Below are positions 63,100-64,000 of a stretch of DNA of 64,000 bases, in pieces. Below the pieces are notes generated by a model that was given only the letters and a program-made list of their open reading frames with translations, had not been told where the DNA came from and did no database searches. Both the position numbers and the translations under genes were made by a program. Within the stretch, counting starts at the first letter, position 1. Each line of letters opens with the position of its first letter. Source of the DNA: Anolis carolinensis (Eukaryota); contig NC_085845.1 in assembly GCF_035594765.1 (NCBI RefSeq), forward strand, positions 161,278,897-161,342,896, in the 5' to 3' direction.

Positions 63100-63875
63100 C
63101 TTTGTTTATATCCTTTCTCCCAGCACAGCTTCAAAGCATGCAATATTTTAAAAACATTAAATAAAAAAATTATTGAATTAAAAACTCTTGATACAAAAGT
63201 TAAAATTCAATGAAACTGAATTTCTCTTTAAAAAGCAAAAAATAAAGACAACATTTAAAAAGATGCCAAAATATCATAAAATGAGAAACACTACACTCCC
63301 CATTAAACACCCTAACTGCCGCAACATACTAAAAACAAGGGCCTTATGAAATAAAAAAGGTCTTTACCTGCCAGTAGAAATAAAGCATGAAGGCTAACAT
63401 GACCTTTCAGAAAAGGAGAGTCACAGTGATGGTAGTGGTGGGATCAAGATAGTCTATTTCAAGCTATATATGGCTTTAAAGGTCCATACTTTGAATTCTT
63501 CCTGGAAAAGACTGGCAGCCAATGAAGTTGTTTCAACAATGGTGTTATAAGCTCCCCATAATCTGCTTCACTCAACATCCTGCCTCCAGCATTTTGAATC
63601 CACTGAAGTTCTGAACATTTTTCAAAGGCAGTCTCGGGTACACTGCATTACATTAAGCCAGATGGGATGTCATCAAGGCATGTGTCACCATAACCATATA
63701 TTCTGAATGGGCACAGCTGGAGCACCAATTTTATTTGTGCAAATGCACTCCTGGCATCCACTGAAACCTGGACATTAAGGCTCAGATCTGAGTCCAGGAG
63801 CCTGCCTAAGCTGAGGGCCTGAGATTTTAGGGAGAGTATAAACTCATCCAACACAGGATGAATCCCTATTCCCTT
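63100..63875 (-). mobile_element. Old L2 LINE 3' fragment
   Basis: Minus-strand SLGRLLDSDLSLNVQVSVDARSAFAQIKLVLQLCPF resembles the L2 ORF2 C-terminus. Confidence 0.75.
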
Positions 63876-64000
63876 TCTGAAGTGAGGCATTCACTACTCT
63901 CTACCCACTCCCCTTTGGCTGTTTTTATAGGATTCCAGAACCAATGCCAAAACTAGCTCAGCCATTTCAGGAAGGCAGACTGTTGAGCAGCAGACTCTCC

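Overview
Eukaryotic, AT-rich, repeat-dense non-coding DNA from a squamate reptile. The repeat inventory (six Sauria SINEs, Bov-B, CR1, L2, RTE, R4/Dong, Helitron, hAT/Mariner/Harbinger MITEs) fits an Anolis-type lizard; this is recognition from memory, not a database search. I found no host protein-coding gene, RNA gene, CRISPR array or prokaryotic system. Every ORF with recognisable protein motifs is a retrotransposon remnant, and the rest look like chance or microsatellite ORFs. Many insertions resolve to the base through TSDs/TIRs, revealing nested stacks: Bov-B containing a solo LTR and a CR1; RTE containing a hAT element that carries a 76-bp array; a MITE containing an L2. The most unusual observations are a Helitron carrying four tandem antisense CR1 3' ends, a 76-bp minisatellite built from alternating inverted 20-bp arms, an R4/Dong insertion with twin-priming-like geometry, a 5'-terminal motif shared by RTE and R4 elements, and two templated fold-back repair scars. 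None is yet a demonstrated new biological system.
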